From: Candidatus Xenobia bacterium
Lineage (GTDB): Bacteria > Vulcanimicrobiota > Xenobia > Xenobiales > QWHO01
Length of the DNA stretch: 64,000 bases
Direction of reading: 5' to 3'
Assembly (NCBI GenBank): GCA_045863235.1
Contig: BTUM01000023.1
Location: 26,428 to 90,427 of the forward strand
A program made the position numbers and the translations under genes. Numbering within the stretch: the stretch's first letter is position 1; each line of letters opens with the position of its first letter. The notes under the pieces were generated by a model. It searched no databases, was not told where the DNA came from, and worked only from the letters and a program-made list of their open reading frames with translations. This document shows positions 1 to 9,270 of this stretch, in pieces.

Positions 1-2
1 TT

Positions 3-1340
3 ATGGGAAAGCTGTTTGGAACCGACGGAATCCGGGGCATCGCCAACTCTGAGCTCACGCCCGAGCTGCTCTTCAAGATCGGGCGGGCCCACGCCCACTC
101 GCTCAAGGCCCACAGGCCGCGGCCCCGCATCGTGGTCGGGCGCGACACGCGCATCAGCGGCGACCTGCTCGAGGCGGCCTATACCGCCGGGGCCTGCGCC
201 TCGGGGGCGGACGTGGTCAGCGTGGGAGTGCTGCCCACTCCCGGAGTGGCCGTGCTCATCCCCCTCTTGCAGGGCGACTCGGGAGCGGTGCTGTCGGCCA
301 GCCACAACCCGGTGCAGGACAACGGCATCAAGCTCCTCTCCCGGGATGGCTACAAGCTCGAGGACGCGGTCGAGGCCGAGATCGAGCGGCTCATTGACGA
401 GGCCGACCAGCTTCCCCGGCCCACCGGGGCCGAGGTGGGAAGACGGCTCGAGGAGAGCAGGGCCGAGGACCTGTACCTGGACCACCTGACGAAGGCCGCC
501 CGGGGGCGCCTGGAAGGCCTCAAGGTGGTGCTCGACTGTGCCCACGGCGCAGCCTACCATGTGGCCCCGCGCCTCTTCCGCGAGCTGGGGGCCCAGGTCG
601 AAGTCATCGCGGCCAGCCCGGACGGCACCAACATCAATGTCAAGTGCGGCTCCACCCACCTGGAAGGGCTGCAGGCCGAGGTGGTGGCCCGGAAAGCGCG
701 CCTCGGGCTGGCCTTCGACGGAGATGCCGACCGCTGTCTGGCGGTGGACGAGCAGGGCACGGTGGTGGACGGCGATCAGATGATGGCCCTCTTCGCCAAC
801 TGGCTCAAGACTCAGGGGCGGCTGCGCCACGACCTGGTGGTGGCCACCGTGATGAGCAACGTGGGTCTGGAGATCGCCCTGCGCGAGAAGGGAATCCGCC
901 TGCTCAGAACGCGCGTGGGCGACCGCTACGTGCTCGAGGAGATGAAGGCGAGGAACGCCGTGCTGGGCGGCGAGCAGTCGGGTCACCTGATCATGCTCGA
1001 GCACGGCACCACCGGCGACGGCACTCTGGCAGCCCTGATGCTGGCCACTCTGGTGCACGAGAGCGGTCAGCCGCTCAGCGCCCTGGCGGCCGGCATGCCG
1101 CGGCTGCCTCAAAAGCTGGTCAACGTGCGCGCCCGTCACAAGGACAAGCTGGACTCAGACGAGGAGATTGGCGCGGCCATTACCCGCCTGGAGGGCCGCC
1201 TGGCCGAGCGGGGGCGCATCCTGGTCCGTTGCAGCGGCACCGAGCCGCTGGTTCGGGTGATGGCCGAGGGGCCCGACCTGGCCGAGCTCGACGACGTGGT
1301 GGGCGAGCTCTCGCGCCTGATCGAGCAACGCCTGGGCTAA
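3..1340 (+). CDS. glmM: Phosphoglucosamine mutase
   Basis: N-terminal KLFGTDGIRG, catalytic SASHNP, metal loop DGDADR, GGEQSGH; 445 aa. Confidence 0.97.
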   Translation: MGKLFGTDGIRGIANSELTPELLFKIGRAHAHSLKAHRPRPRIVVGRDTRISGDLLEAAYTAGACASGADVVSVGVLPTPGVAVLIPLLQGDSGAVLSASHNPVQDNGIKLLSRDGYKLEDAVEAEIERLIDEADQLPRPTGAEVGRRLEESRAEDLYLDHLTKAARGRLEGLKVVLDCAHGAAYHVAPRLFRELGAQVEVIAASPDGTNINVKCGSTHLEGLQAEVVARKARLGLAFDGDADRCLAVDEQGTVVDGDQMMALFANWLKTQGRLRHDLVVATVMSNVGLEIALREKGIRLLRTRVGDRYVLEEMKARNAVLGGEQSGHLIMLEHGTTGDGTLAALMLATLVHESGQPLSALAAGMPRLPQKLVNVRARHKDKLDSDEEIGAAITRLEGRLAERGRILVRCSGTEPLVRVMAEGPDLAELDDVVGELSRLIEQRLG

Positions 1341-1448
1341 TGTGCTCGCACTTTGGTTTCGGGCTAGCACAATCTGACGAACGCGCTGGAACGCAGTTCC
1401 GGCGCGTTGTAAAGTGCAAGACCAAAGGCCTTGCACTTTAATGTGCTC
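1338..1448. repeat. Dispersed ~103-bp three-hairpin element, copy 1 (MITE/REP-like or structured RNA)
   Basis: Near-identical to 47769-47873; starts at the glmM stop TAA; perfect 11-bp stem TAAAGTGCAAG/CTTGCACTTTA; TAATGTGCTC repeated at 1338-1347 and 1439-1448. Confidence 0.85.
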
Positions 1449-1472
1449 TCCTATCAACAGAGCGCCACGAAG

Positions 1473-1805
1473 TCAGCCGTGCTCCCAACTCCGCATCTTG
1501 ACGGGCGTCACCTCGATGTAGACCACGCCCTCGGCCAGAGCTCCATCGCGTCCGGAAGCCCGGCGCACGCGCTCGAGCTCATCGCCTGACTCCACCAGCC
1601 GGGCCGTGCCCTGGATAAAGACCACCAGGTGGGGCTTCTCGGCCCGGCCGTTGTCCACGTACAAGCTGACGCGCGGGTTGCGCAGGAGATTGCGCACCTT
1701 GCGCGTGGCCCGGCGGCAGCCCAGGTAGAGCTTGCCCTCGAAGGGGAAGTAGCCCATCGGCACCGAGTGGGGAAAGCCGTCCTCGTCCAGGGTCGTCAGC
1801 ACCAT
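1473..1805 (-). CDS. Pyridoxamine 5'-phosphate oxidase (PPOX)-like FMN/F420-binding protein
   Basis: LTTLDEDGFPHSVPM and RKVRNLLRNPRVSL motifs; the frame stays open upstream to a CTG at 1865. Confidence 0.8.
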   Translation of the reverse strand: MVLTTLDEDGFPHSVPMGYFPFEGKLYLGCRRATRKVRNLLRNPRVSLYVDNGRAEKPHLVVFIQGTARLVESGDELERVRRASGRDGALAEGVVYIEVTPVKMRSWEHG

Positions 1806-1868
1806 CCAGCCGGGACGGCGCTCCAGGATGTCCAGCCCCTCCTCGGGGCTCAGGTGACGGATCAGGGG

Positions 1869-2336
1869 TTACTTGGGAGCCAGCATCCGCGCCAGGCCCA
1901 GGCAGAGCATGGCGCCCGCGGCGGCTCCAGGTAGCACCAGCAGCCAGCCGCCGTAGCTGAAGCCCACGACGGCTCCCAGCACCCCCAGCGCGGGAGTGAT
2001 GTACTTTGCGATCATGTCGGTGTTTTTGACTTGTTTCTCAAAACACTCGGGGTGGTAGACGCGTTCGATGCCAGCGTTCACGGTGACCTTGCCGTTCGAT
2101 TTGATGAGGGTCTTGCCGCAGATGCGGCACTCCATCACCTTGTTGGCCTCGCCGCAGGGGATGCAGAACAGGGGCTTTTGGAACTTGAGCGCGGCCAGCT
2201 CGAAGATGTCTTCCTGATTCATTTTTGTGTTGCACTTGGAGCAAGCGAACGGGAACGGCTCGTTGCAGTTCTTGCAGAAGGCGTCGATGGTGGGGTCGAC
2301 GCTCTTCGTGCAGTTCCGGCACGGATAAACGGGCAT
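1869..2336 (-). CDS. Cys-rich zinc-finger membrane protein
   Basis: Five CxxC motifs plus HPEC, followed by two C-terminal hydrophobic helices. Confidence 0.75.
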   Translation of the reverse strand: MPVYPCRNCTKSVDPTIDAFCKNCNEPFPFACSKCNTKMNQEDIFELAALKFQKPLFCIPCGEANKVMECRICGKTLIKSNGKVTVNAGIERVYHPECFEKQVKNTDMIAKYITPALGVLGAVVGFSYGGWLLVLPGAAAGAMLCLGLARMLAPK

Positions 2337-2353
2337 GCCTTGCCTCCTAAAAC

Positions 2354-2695
2354 CTAAATGCTGTATGCCGGCTCGATGATGGCGGACATGGAGCCCTTGC
2401 AGCGCGGAAGTCGCGGGTCGGCTCCATACCCGTGAATGCGCGCCGCTTCCAACTCAGCCCGCTCACGATGGGTCGTGAAGACGATCACCCGCCCCGTGGT
2501 GTCGACTTCCTTCGCCATCAGGAAGCAGAGCTCGATGTCGTGGCCGAAAAGGCGATGCAGCATCTCGATGACGTATTCGTAGGTATGATCGTCGTCGTCG
2601 AGCAAGACGACGTTCCACGGTTCGAGCAGCTTGGGAACGCGCTCGACCGCTTCGATCTCCTCTCTTTCAAGCACCGGAACGCTTTCGCCAGCCAT
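2354..2695 (-). CDS. clpS: ATP-dependent Clp protease adaptor ClpS
   Basis: WNVVLLDDDDHTYEYVIEML and EVDTTGRVIV motifs; GGAGG RBS before the ATG at 2695. Confidence 0.9.
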   Translation of the reverse strand: MAGESVPVLEREEIEAVERVPKLLEPWNVVLLDDDDHTYEYVIEMLHRLFGHDIELCFLMAKEVDTTGRVIVFTTHRERAELEAARIHGYGADPRLPRCKGSMSAIIEPAYSI

Positions 2696-2783
2696 GACCC
2701 TCCGAGAACCTCCTGGCCCGGCCGAGCAAGCCCGGACCATTATTTCGCCTCGGTACCAAAACCCAGACCAGTTAGAGTTCTCG

Positions 2784-5381
2784 CTAGGCCTGGTGGTACT
2801 CCTCCAGATGCACCGGAATCGAGTCGACTTCCCAGATCTCCTCGGCGTACTCGCGCACGGCCCGGTCGGAGGAGAAGTACCCCGTGCGGGCCACGTTGCG
2901 GATGGCCTTGCGGGTCCATTCGGCCTTCTCGGTGAAGGCCCGCTCGACGCGCTCCTGACAGGTCACATAGGCGGCGAAGTCGGCCAGCACCATGAAGCGG
3001 TCGGCTCCCAGCAACTCGGCCAGCAGGGGGTTGAAAACCCCCGGCTCGCTGGGAGAGAAGCGGTTGCGGGCGATCATGTCGAGCACCTGGCGCAGGTTGG
3101 GGTCGGACTCATAGTAGGTATAGGGCTTATAGCCCCGGGCCTTCAGGTCGACCACCTCCTCGGCCTTGAGACCGAACAGGAAGAAGTTCTGGTCGCCCAC
3201 CCGCTGGCGGATCTCCACGTTGGCTCCGTCCAGCGTACCGATGGTGAGAGCTCCGTTGAGGGCGAACTTCATGTTGCCGGTGCCCGAGGCCTCGTAGCCG
3301 GCCGTGGAGATCTGCTCGGACAGGTCGGCGCCCGGGATGATCTGCTCGGCCAGCGACACGCTGTAGTTCTCCAGGAACACCACCTTGAGCCGGTCGCGCA
3401 CCACCGGGTCGGCGTTGATCACCGAGCCGATCGAGTTGATCAGCTTGATCACCAGCTTGGCCATGGCGTAACCAGGCGCGGACTTGCCGGCGAAGACGAA
3501 AGTTCGAGGAACGAAGGGAGCGTCCGGATTGCGCTTGATGCGGTTGTAGAGGTAGACGATGTGCAGCGCGTTGAGGTGCTGGCGTTTGTACTCGTGGAAC
3601 CGCTTGATCTGCACGTCGAACATCGAATCGGTGGAAACCTCGATGCCAGTGCGGTTCTTGATGACGCTGGCCAGCCGCGCTTTGTTCTGCAGCTTGATGG
3701 CCGCAAACCGCTTCTGGAAGGCGGCGTCGTCGGCTTTGCTTTCGAGCGCCTTGAGCTTGTCCAGGTCGGTCACCCAGCCGGGGCCGCACACCTCGTCGAG
3801 CAGTGCCGCCAGGGGCGGGTTGGACTGCTTGATCCAGCGCCGCGGGGTTACCCCGTTGGTCTTGTTGTTGAAGCGCTCGGGATAGAGCTCGGCGAACTCA
3901 GGCAGCACCCGGCTGCCGAGCAGCTTGGTGTGCAGTTCGGCCACGCCGTTCACCGAGTAAGAGCCGACCACGGCCAGATGGGCCATGCGGATCATGCGCG
4001 GCTGCTCCTCCACCAGCGACAGCTTGCGCAGCAGGTCGTCGCGGCCCGGGTTGCGGCGGCGCACCTCGTCCAAAAAGCGCGAGTTGATCTCGTAGATCAG
4101 CTCCAGGTGGCGCGGCAGCAGGCGCTCGAGGAAGGAGACCGGCCACTTCTCCAGGGCTTCCGGCAAGAGGGTATGGTTGGTGTAGGCGAAGCTGCGCCAG
4201 GTGATGTCCCAGGCCTCGTTCCAGGTCAGGCGGTGGATGTCGAGCAAGAGGCGCATCATTTCGGGGATGGCCAGGGTGGGGTGGGTGTCGTTGAGCTGCA
4301 TGGTGACCTTGTTGGGGAAGTCCTTGAAGGTCTTGTTCGTCTTGAGGTAGCGGCGCACGATGTCTTGCACGGTGGCGCTCACGAAGAAGTACTGCTGCTT
4401 GAGGCGCAACTCCTTGCCCTGCATCGAGTTGTCGTTGGGATACAAGACCTTGGAGATGTTCTCGGACAGTGTCTTGGCCTGCACTGCCACCTCGTAGTCA
4501 CCCTGGTCGAACTCGCTGAAGTCGAGCTCTTGCTGGGCTCGAGCCCGCCACAGGCGCAGGTTGTTCACGGTGTTGTTGCCGTAGCCGGCGATGGGCGTGT
4601 CGTAGGGCACGGCCAGCACGTCGTTGCTGTCCACCCAGCGGATGCGGAAATTGCCGTCCACGTCCAGGTAGGCCTCGGTGCGGCCGCCGAACTGCACCCG
4701 GACGGCATATTCCGGCCGGGTGATCTCCCAGGGGTTGCCCAGGCGCAGCCAGTTGTCCGGACTCTCTACCTGGTAACCGCCCTGGATCTTCTGCTCGAAG
4801 ATGCCGAATTCGTAACGGATGCCGTAGCCCATTCCGGGAATGGCCAGGCTGGCCATGGAATCGAGGTAGCAGGCGGCCAGGCGTCCCAGACCCCCATTGC
4901 CGAGGCCCGCATCGGGCTCCTGGTCGAGCGCTTCAGCCAGATCCACGTCCAGCTCTTTGAAGACCTCGCGGCATTCGTCGTAGATTCCCAGATTGATCAT
5001 GTTGTTGGCCAGCGAGCGACCCAGCAGGAACTCGGCCGAGAGGTAATAGACTCGCTTGGCGTCCTTGGCATAATAGGCTTTCTGGGTCTCAATCCAGCGG
5101 CGCACCAGCCGGTCGCGCACGGTGGTGGCGATGGCCTTGAAGCGGTCGAGCGCCGTCCAGGTGCTGGTGTCCTTGGCCTGCAGATAGGCCAGGTTGTCCA
5201 GCAAGGCCCGCTTGAGTACTGGCACCGTCATTCCCGTGCGGTCGTCCTCGATGAGGATCTCGGTCACCGGGGTCTCGCGCTGCTCCGGCTTGGAGTTGGC
5301 TGCTGCAGGAGCTTTGCGGGCGGGAGCCGCTGGCTTCTTGGGAACGGATTTTCCTGATTCGGTGGGAGGTTTGCGGGCCAT
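2784..5381 (-). CDS. glgP: Glycogen/starch phosphorylase
   Basis: LGNGGLGRLAAC, QLNDTHP, PLP-binding EASGTGNMKF; AAGGAG RBS before the ATG at 5381. Confidence 0.97.
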   Translation of the reverse strand: MARKPPTESGKSVPKKPAAPARKAPAAANSKPEQRETPVTEILIEDDRTGMTVPVLKRALLDNLAYLQAKDTSTWTALDRFKAIATTVRDRLVRRWIETQKAYYAKDAKRVYYLSAEFLLGRSLANNMINLGIYDECREVFKELDVDLAEALDQEPDAGLGNGGLGRLAACYLDSMASLAIPGMGYGIRYEFGIFEQKIQGGYQVESPDNWLRLGNPWEITRPEYAVRVQFGGRTEAYLDVDGNFRIRWVDSNDVLAVPYDTPIAGYGNNTVNNLRLWRARAQQELDFSEFDQGDYEVAVQAKTLSENISKVLYPNDNSMQGKELRLKQQYFFVSATVQDIVRRYLKTNKTFKDFPNKVTMQLNDTHPTLAIPEMMRLLLDIHRLTWNEAWDITWRSFAYTNHTLLPEALEKWPVSFLERLLPRHLELIYEINSRFLDEVRRRNPGRDDLLRKLSLVEEQPRMIRMAHLAVVGSYSVNGVAELHTKLLGSRVLPEFAELYPERFNNKTNGVTPRRWIKQSNPPLAALLDEVCGPGWVTDLDKLKALESKADDAAFQKRFAAIKLQNKARLASVIKNRTGIEVSTDSMFDVQIKRFHEYKRQHLNALHIVYLYNRIKRNPDAPFVPRTFVFAGKSAPGYAMAKLVIKLINSIGSVINADPVVRDRLKVVFLENYSVSLAEQIIPGADLSEQISTAGYEASGTGNMKFALNGALTIGTLDGANVEIRQRVGDQNFFLFGLKAEEVVDLKARGYKPYTYYESDPNLRQVLDMIARNRFSPSEPGVFNPLLAELLGADRFMVLADFAAYVTCQERVERAFTEKAEWTRKAIRNVARTGYFSSDRAVREYAEEIWEVDSIPVHLEEYHQA

Positions 5382-5464
5382 AGGGTTCTCCTTCGGGCTG
5401 GCGGCCGCCTTTGGGCCGCGGGCTGCCATGGCCATTCCGAATGGAGGCCTGCGGTTCCTGCGCG

Positions 5465-6145
5465 TCAGCTCCCCGAGAGAAGGTCGGGCCTTCGTTCGGC
5501 TGTGCGGGCCAGAGCCTGCTCCCGCCGCCACTTTTCGATGGCGGCATGGTTGCCGGACAAGAGCACGGGGGGCACGGCCATTCCCCGGAAGGTGGCCGGG
5601 CGGGAGTAGTGGGGGTGGTCGAGCAGTCCCTCGGCAAACGAGTCCTGGCGCACCGATTCGGCGTCGATGGCCCCCGGCTGCACCCGGATCAGGGCGTCGG
5701 ACAGCACCATGGCGGCCAGCTCGCCGCCGCTGAGGACGTAGTCGCCGATGGAGACCTCCTCGTCCACCAGGGCCTCGCGGTAGCGCTCATCCAGTCCTTC
5801 GTAATGGCCGCACACCAGCAGGAGGCGGCTCTCGCGGGCCAGTCGGAAGACGGCCGCCTGGTCCAGCCTCGGCCCCTGGGGGGACATCAGGAGCACGCGC
5901 GGGCGCTCGGGGGCTAAGGCGGCGATGGCCTCGGTGGCCCGAAAGAGAGGCTCGGCCAGCAGCACCATCCCGGGCCCGCCCCCGTAGGGGGTGTCATCGA
6001 CCTGGCGGTGGCGCCCCACGCCCCACTGGCGGAGGTTGTGCAGATGCACGGCCACCAGACCGGCCTGCTGGGCACGGGCCGGGATGCTGGCGAACAGGGG
6101 CGCGAAGGTCTCCGGGAACAGGGTGAGGATGTCGAGGCGCAGCAA
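5465..6145 (-). CDS. trmD: tRNA (guanine37-N1)-methyltransferase
   Basis: [33 protein letters not shown]; likely TTG start at 6145. Confidence 0.96.
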   Translation of the reverse strand: MLRLDILTLFPETFAPLFASIPARAQQAGLVAVHLHNLRQWGVGRHRQVDDTPYGGGPGMVLLAEPLFRATEAIAALAPERPRVLLMSPQGPRLDQAAVFRLARESRLLLVCGHYEGLDERYREALVDEEVSIGDYVLSGGELAAMVLSDALIRVQPGAIDAESVRQDSFAEGLLDHPHYSRPATFRGMAVPPVLLSGNHAAIEKWRREQALARTAERRPDLLSGS

Positions 6146-6149
6146 CCGG

Positions 6150-6722
6150 TCAGTCCTCGATGACCGGCACGGTGACCACCATGCGACCCCCGGCGAGATC
6201 CACCTCGTGGACATACTCGTCCACGGCGGGAATATAGATCTCCCCGGATGCGGTGCCCACCGCGTAGAGGTCGTGGGCGGGGGTCACCAGCACCTCGCGC
6301 AGCGTGCCCAGTCGCTGGCCCTGGCGGTCGAAGACCTCCAGGCCTTCAAGCTGGAAATGCCAGTACTCGCCCTCTTCCAGCTCCACCAGCTCGTCTTGAG
6401 GCACGGCCAGCAGGAAATTGCGCAGCCAGCCAGCCTGGTCCATGGAGTTCACTCCGGCCAGCTTGACCAGCATCCGGCCGTGATGGGCCCGTGACGATTC
6501 CAGGGGCAGCACCCACACCTGCGAGGGAGCTTCCCGGGCCGCCCCGCGGGCGGGGGGGACGAGATGCACCTCCTCGGTTTGCTCGAAGCGCTCGGGGAAG
6601 TCGGTCAGCACCTCCACCGACAGCTCGCCTCGAACCCCGTGAGGCTTGAGCACCTTGCCGATGGCCACCAGCCCGTCGGCCGGGTGGGGCGAGGGCCCCC
6701 CCGACCAGCGCGCCAGGGTCAC
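6150..6722 (-). CDS. rimM: 16S rRNA processing protein RimM
   Basis: [30 protein letters not shown] barrel; conserved position before trmD. Confidence 0.93.
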   Translation of the reverse strand: MTLARWSGGPSPHPADGLVAIGKVLKPHGVRGELSVEVLTDFPERFEQTEEVHLVPPARGAAREAPSQVWVLPLESSRAHHGRMLVKLAGVNSMDQAGWLRNFLLAVPQDELVELEEGEYWHFQLEGLEVFDRQGQRLGTLREVLVTPAHDLYAVGTASGEIYIPAVDEYVHEVDLAGGRMVVTVPVIED

Positions 6723-7096
6723 GGGTTGTGGCGGATGGCCACCACGGTCCAGTCTTTCAGAACCAGCTCGCAATTGAGCACCTGGCGCAGGTTGTCGCCC
6801 ACCTTCACGGTGGCCGTTCCTTGATAGGTCGTGAGCGGGATCTCGGCCCCGTCCTTGACCTGCTCGGCTTCCTTCATGCGCCACTCGAGCTCGCTCTTCA
6901 TGCGCGTGAGGCGGGCCTTCTCGGCGGCCACCCAGGGAGCGTCGGCGGCCTCGCCCTGGATCTGGTTGAGCCGTTCGAGATTGTCCTGGACCTGGGCCAT
7001 GGAGCCCTGAACCTCCCCGCGCAGCTGGTTGCGGAACTGGTCGGTCATGATGACCTTGACCTGGATCGGGTGGGTGATGGTGACCTGGTCGCTCAC
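6719..7096 (-). CDS. ylqD: YlqD family protein
   Basis: Coiled-coil protein between khpA and rimM; VKVIMT and VKVGDNL...LVLKD pattern. Confidence 0.75.
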   Translation of the reverse strand: MSDQVTITHPIQVKVIMTDQFRNQLRGEVQGSMAQVQDNLERLNQIQGEAADAPWVAAEKARLTRMKSELEWRMKEAEQVKDGAEIPLTTYQGTATVKVGDNLRQVLNCELVLKDWTVVAIRHNP

Positions 7097-7320
7097 AGGA
7101 TCTCCACCATGACTCGCTTGCCTTCGCGCAGCCCGGCGGCTTTCACGAGCGTGCGGATGGCCTGGGCGATTTTGCCCTGCTTGCCGATGACCTTACCCAT
7201 GTCATCGGGCGCGACGCGCAACTCGAGAATGATCGAGCGCTCGCCCTCCACCAGGCTGACTTCCACCTCTTCGGGGGCGTCCACCAGCTGCTGGGCCAGG
7301 TAATGCAGTAGCTCTTTCAT
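7093..7320 (-). CDS. khpA: KH-domain RNA-binding protein KhpA (YlqC)
   Basis: DMGKVIGKQGKIAQAIRT; follows rpsP. Confidence 0.95.
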   Translation of the reverse strand: MKELLHYLAQQLVDAPEEVEVSLVEGERSIILELRVAPDDMGKVIGKQGKIAQAIRTLVKAAGLREGKRVMVEIL

Positions 7321-7341
7321 GAGCTGATCCTCCCCTTATTT

Positions 7342-7662
7342 TTATGCGTTGGCGGGTTCGGGCTCGGGAGCCGGGGCCTTGGGCTTGGGGGGAGGGTAGA
7401 CCGGATCGGCGCCGGCGAAATTCTTCCAGATGCCGGCCTTGACCAGCAGCAGCTTGACCGATTCGGAGGGCTGAGCACCCTTCTTGAGCCAGTCCAGCAC
7501 GCGATCTTCCTTGAACATCACGGTGGGGGGCTCGGTGCGGGGGTTATAGTGCCCCAGAATCTCGATGAAACGGCCATCGCGCGGGCTACGCCCGTCGGCC
7601 GCCACCAGGCGGTAGGTGGGCTGCTTCTTCTTGCCGCAGCGGGTTAAACGAAGTCTGACCAT
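7342..7662 (-). CDS. rpsP: 30S ribosomal protein S16
   Basis: MVRLRLTRCGKKKQPTYRLVAADGRSPRDGRFIEILGHYNP. Confidence 0.98.
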   Translation of the reverse strand: MVRLRLTRCGKKKQPTYRLVAADGRSPRDGRFIEILGHYNPRTEPPTVMFKEDRVLDWLKKGAQPSESVKLLLVKAGIWKNFAGADPVYPPPKPKAPAPEPEPANA

Positions 7663-7838
7663 GACGTGTTGTTGTCCTCTCTTTGATGTGGATTCTCTCG
7701 GGTTGGGGTCTGCCAGGAGCCCGGCCGCAAACCCGTCGTGGACGCGGAGGAGCTACGCTCTCGGGGGCCCCTGCCCCCGCTCCCACGTCCGCCACGGGCG
7801 GTCGAGATCCTGGCCCAATATGTTGACTGGCAAGGCCT

Positions 7839-9185
7839 CTAAAATGGCAGCTTGAAAGGAAAACCTCCCTTGCCACGCTTGGGAGGTTTGGAGAAAGTCT
7901 TCATGATCTTCTTGATCATCTCGAACTTTTTCAAAAGCTGGTTGATGTCCGAGACTTCCACGCCGGAGCCGCGGGCCACCCGGCGCTTGCGCGAGGCGTT
8001 GAGCACGTCCGGGTTGCGCCGCTCCCTGGGAGTCATAGACAAGATGATCGCCTCGATACGCTTCATCTCGCCTTCTCCCTGCTCCATGGCACCCGCCGGC
8101 AGGTTCTTCAGTTGACCGCCCAGGCCTGGCACCAGTTTGAGCAGATCGCCCATGGGGCCCATCTTTTTCATCTGGCGCATCTGCTCGAGGAAGTCCTCCA
8201 GATTGAAGGAGGCGTCGCGCAGCTTCTTCTCGAGCTTCTCGGCGGTATCCTCATCCATGGCCGCCTCGGCCTTCTCGATCAGGCTCAGCACGTCGCCCAT
8301 CCCGAGAATGCGTCCGGCCATGCGGTCGGGGTGGAAGGGCTCCAGCGCTCCCAGTTTTTCGCCCACACCGATGAACTTGATGGGGCTGCCGGTAACCTGC
8401 CGCACGCTGAGAGCCGCGCCGCCGCGGGCGTCGCCGTCGAGCTTGGTCAGCACGATGCCGGTCACGCCCAGTTGCTCGGTGAAGGTCTTGGCGATGTTGA
8501 CGGCGTCCTGGCCGGTCATGGCGTCGACCACCAGCAGCTTCTCCTGAGGCTGCACCGCATCGTGGGTTGCCCGCAACTCGGCCATCAGCTCCTCGTCGAT
8601 GTGCAGGCGGCCGGCGGTATCGACCAGGACCACGTCATGGGCGTGCTGGCGGGCATACTTCAGGGCTTCGCTGGCGATCTCCACCGGGTTGGCTCCGCTG
8701 CCCATTTCGAAAACCGAGATGTCCAGCTGCTTGCCCAGCACCTGCAGCTGTTGAATGGCGGCCGGGCGGTAAACGTCGGTGGCCACCAGCAGGGGCCGGT
8801 GGCCCTGGTTCTTCAAGTGCAGACCCAGCTTGCCGGTGGTGGTGGTCTTGCCGGCGCCGTGCAGGCCCATCATCAAGATGACCGTGGGGGGCGTGGTGGC
8901 CATGTTGAGCCGGGCAGTCTCGCCGCCCATCAGCTCCACCAGTCCGTCGCGCACGTGCTTGACCACCAGCTGGCCGGGCGTGAGGCTCTTCCAGAGCTCT
9001 TCGCCCACGGCTTTCTTCTTGATGCCGTCCACGAACTCTTTGACCACGGGCAGGCTGACGTCCGCCTCGAGCAAAGCGCGGCGCACCTCTCGAAGAGCTT
9101 CCATCACGTCTTCTTCGGTGAGCTTGCCGCGGTTGCGCAGGCGCTTGAGAACGCTGCCGATTTTATCGCTGAGTGATTCGAACAT
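7839..9185 (-). CDS. ffh: Signal recognition particle protein Ffh
   Basis: MFESLSDK start, GAGKTT, DTAGR, TKLDGDARGG, Met-rich M domain. Confidence 0.98.
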   Translation of the reverse strand: MFESLSDKIGSVLKRLRNRGKLTEEDVMEALREVRRALLEADVSLPVVKEFVDGIKKKAVGEELWKSLTPGQLVVKHVRDGLVELMGGETARLNMATTPPTVILMMGLHGAGKTTTTGKLGLHLKNQGHRPLLVATDVYRPAAIQQLQVLGKQLDISVFEMGSGANPVEIASEALKYARQHAHDVVLVDTAGRLHIDEELMAELRATHDAVQPQEKLLVVDAMTGQDAVNIAKTFTEQLGVTGIVLTKLDGDARGGAALSVRQVTGSPIKFIGVGEKLGALEPFHPDRMAGRILGMGDVLSLIEKAEAAMDEDTAEKLEKKLRDASFNLEDFLEQMRQMKKMGPMGDLLKLVPGLGGQLKNLPAGAMEQGEGEMKRIEAIILSMTPRERRNPDVLNASRKRRVARGSGVEVSDINQLLKKFEMIKKIMKTFSKPPKRGKGGFPFKLPF

Positions 9186-9270
9186 GGCTAGGATTGACTG
9201 ACACGGCCTTTCGGCCGCGCCTGGGCTGGCCCAGAATACCGAAAGAGTATAGACATCGCGCTCCGGCGTG

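Noticed and set aside
1366..1448. Hammerhead ribozyme reading of the 103-bp repeat (CTGACGA at 1374-1380 between three stems)
   Set aside because: The required GAAA after stem II is TGTAAA and the stem I/cleavage-site register does not fit. A cmscan or self-cleavage assay would settle it.
2631..5357. Long antisense ORFs (this one; also 10236-11696 and 23195-25666) and the alternative-frame ORF 29828-32365
   Set aside because: Shadow ORFs of well-supported genes, expected in high-GC DNA.
7712..7814. SRP RNA (ffs) next to ffh
   Set aside because: No CAGG...GGAA...AGCAG helix-8 signature on either strand.
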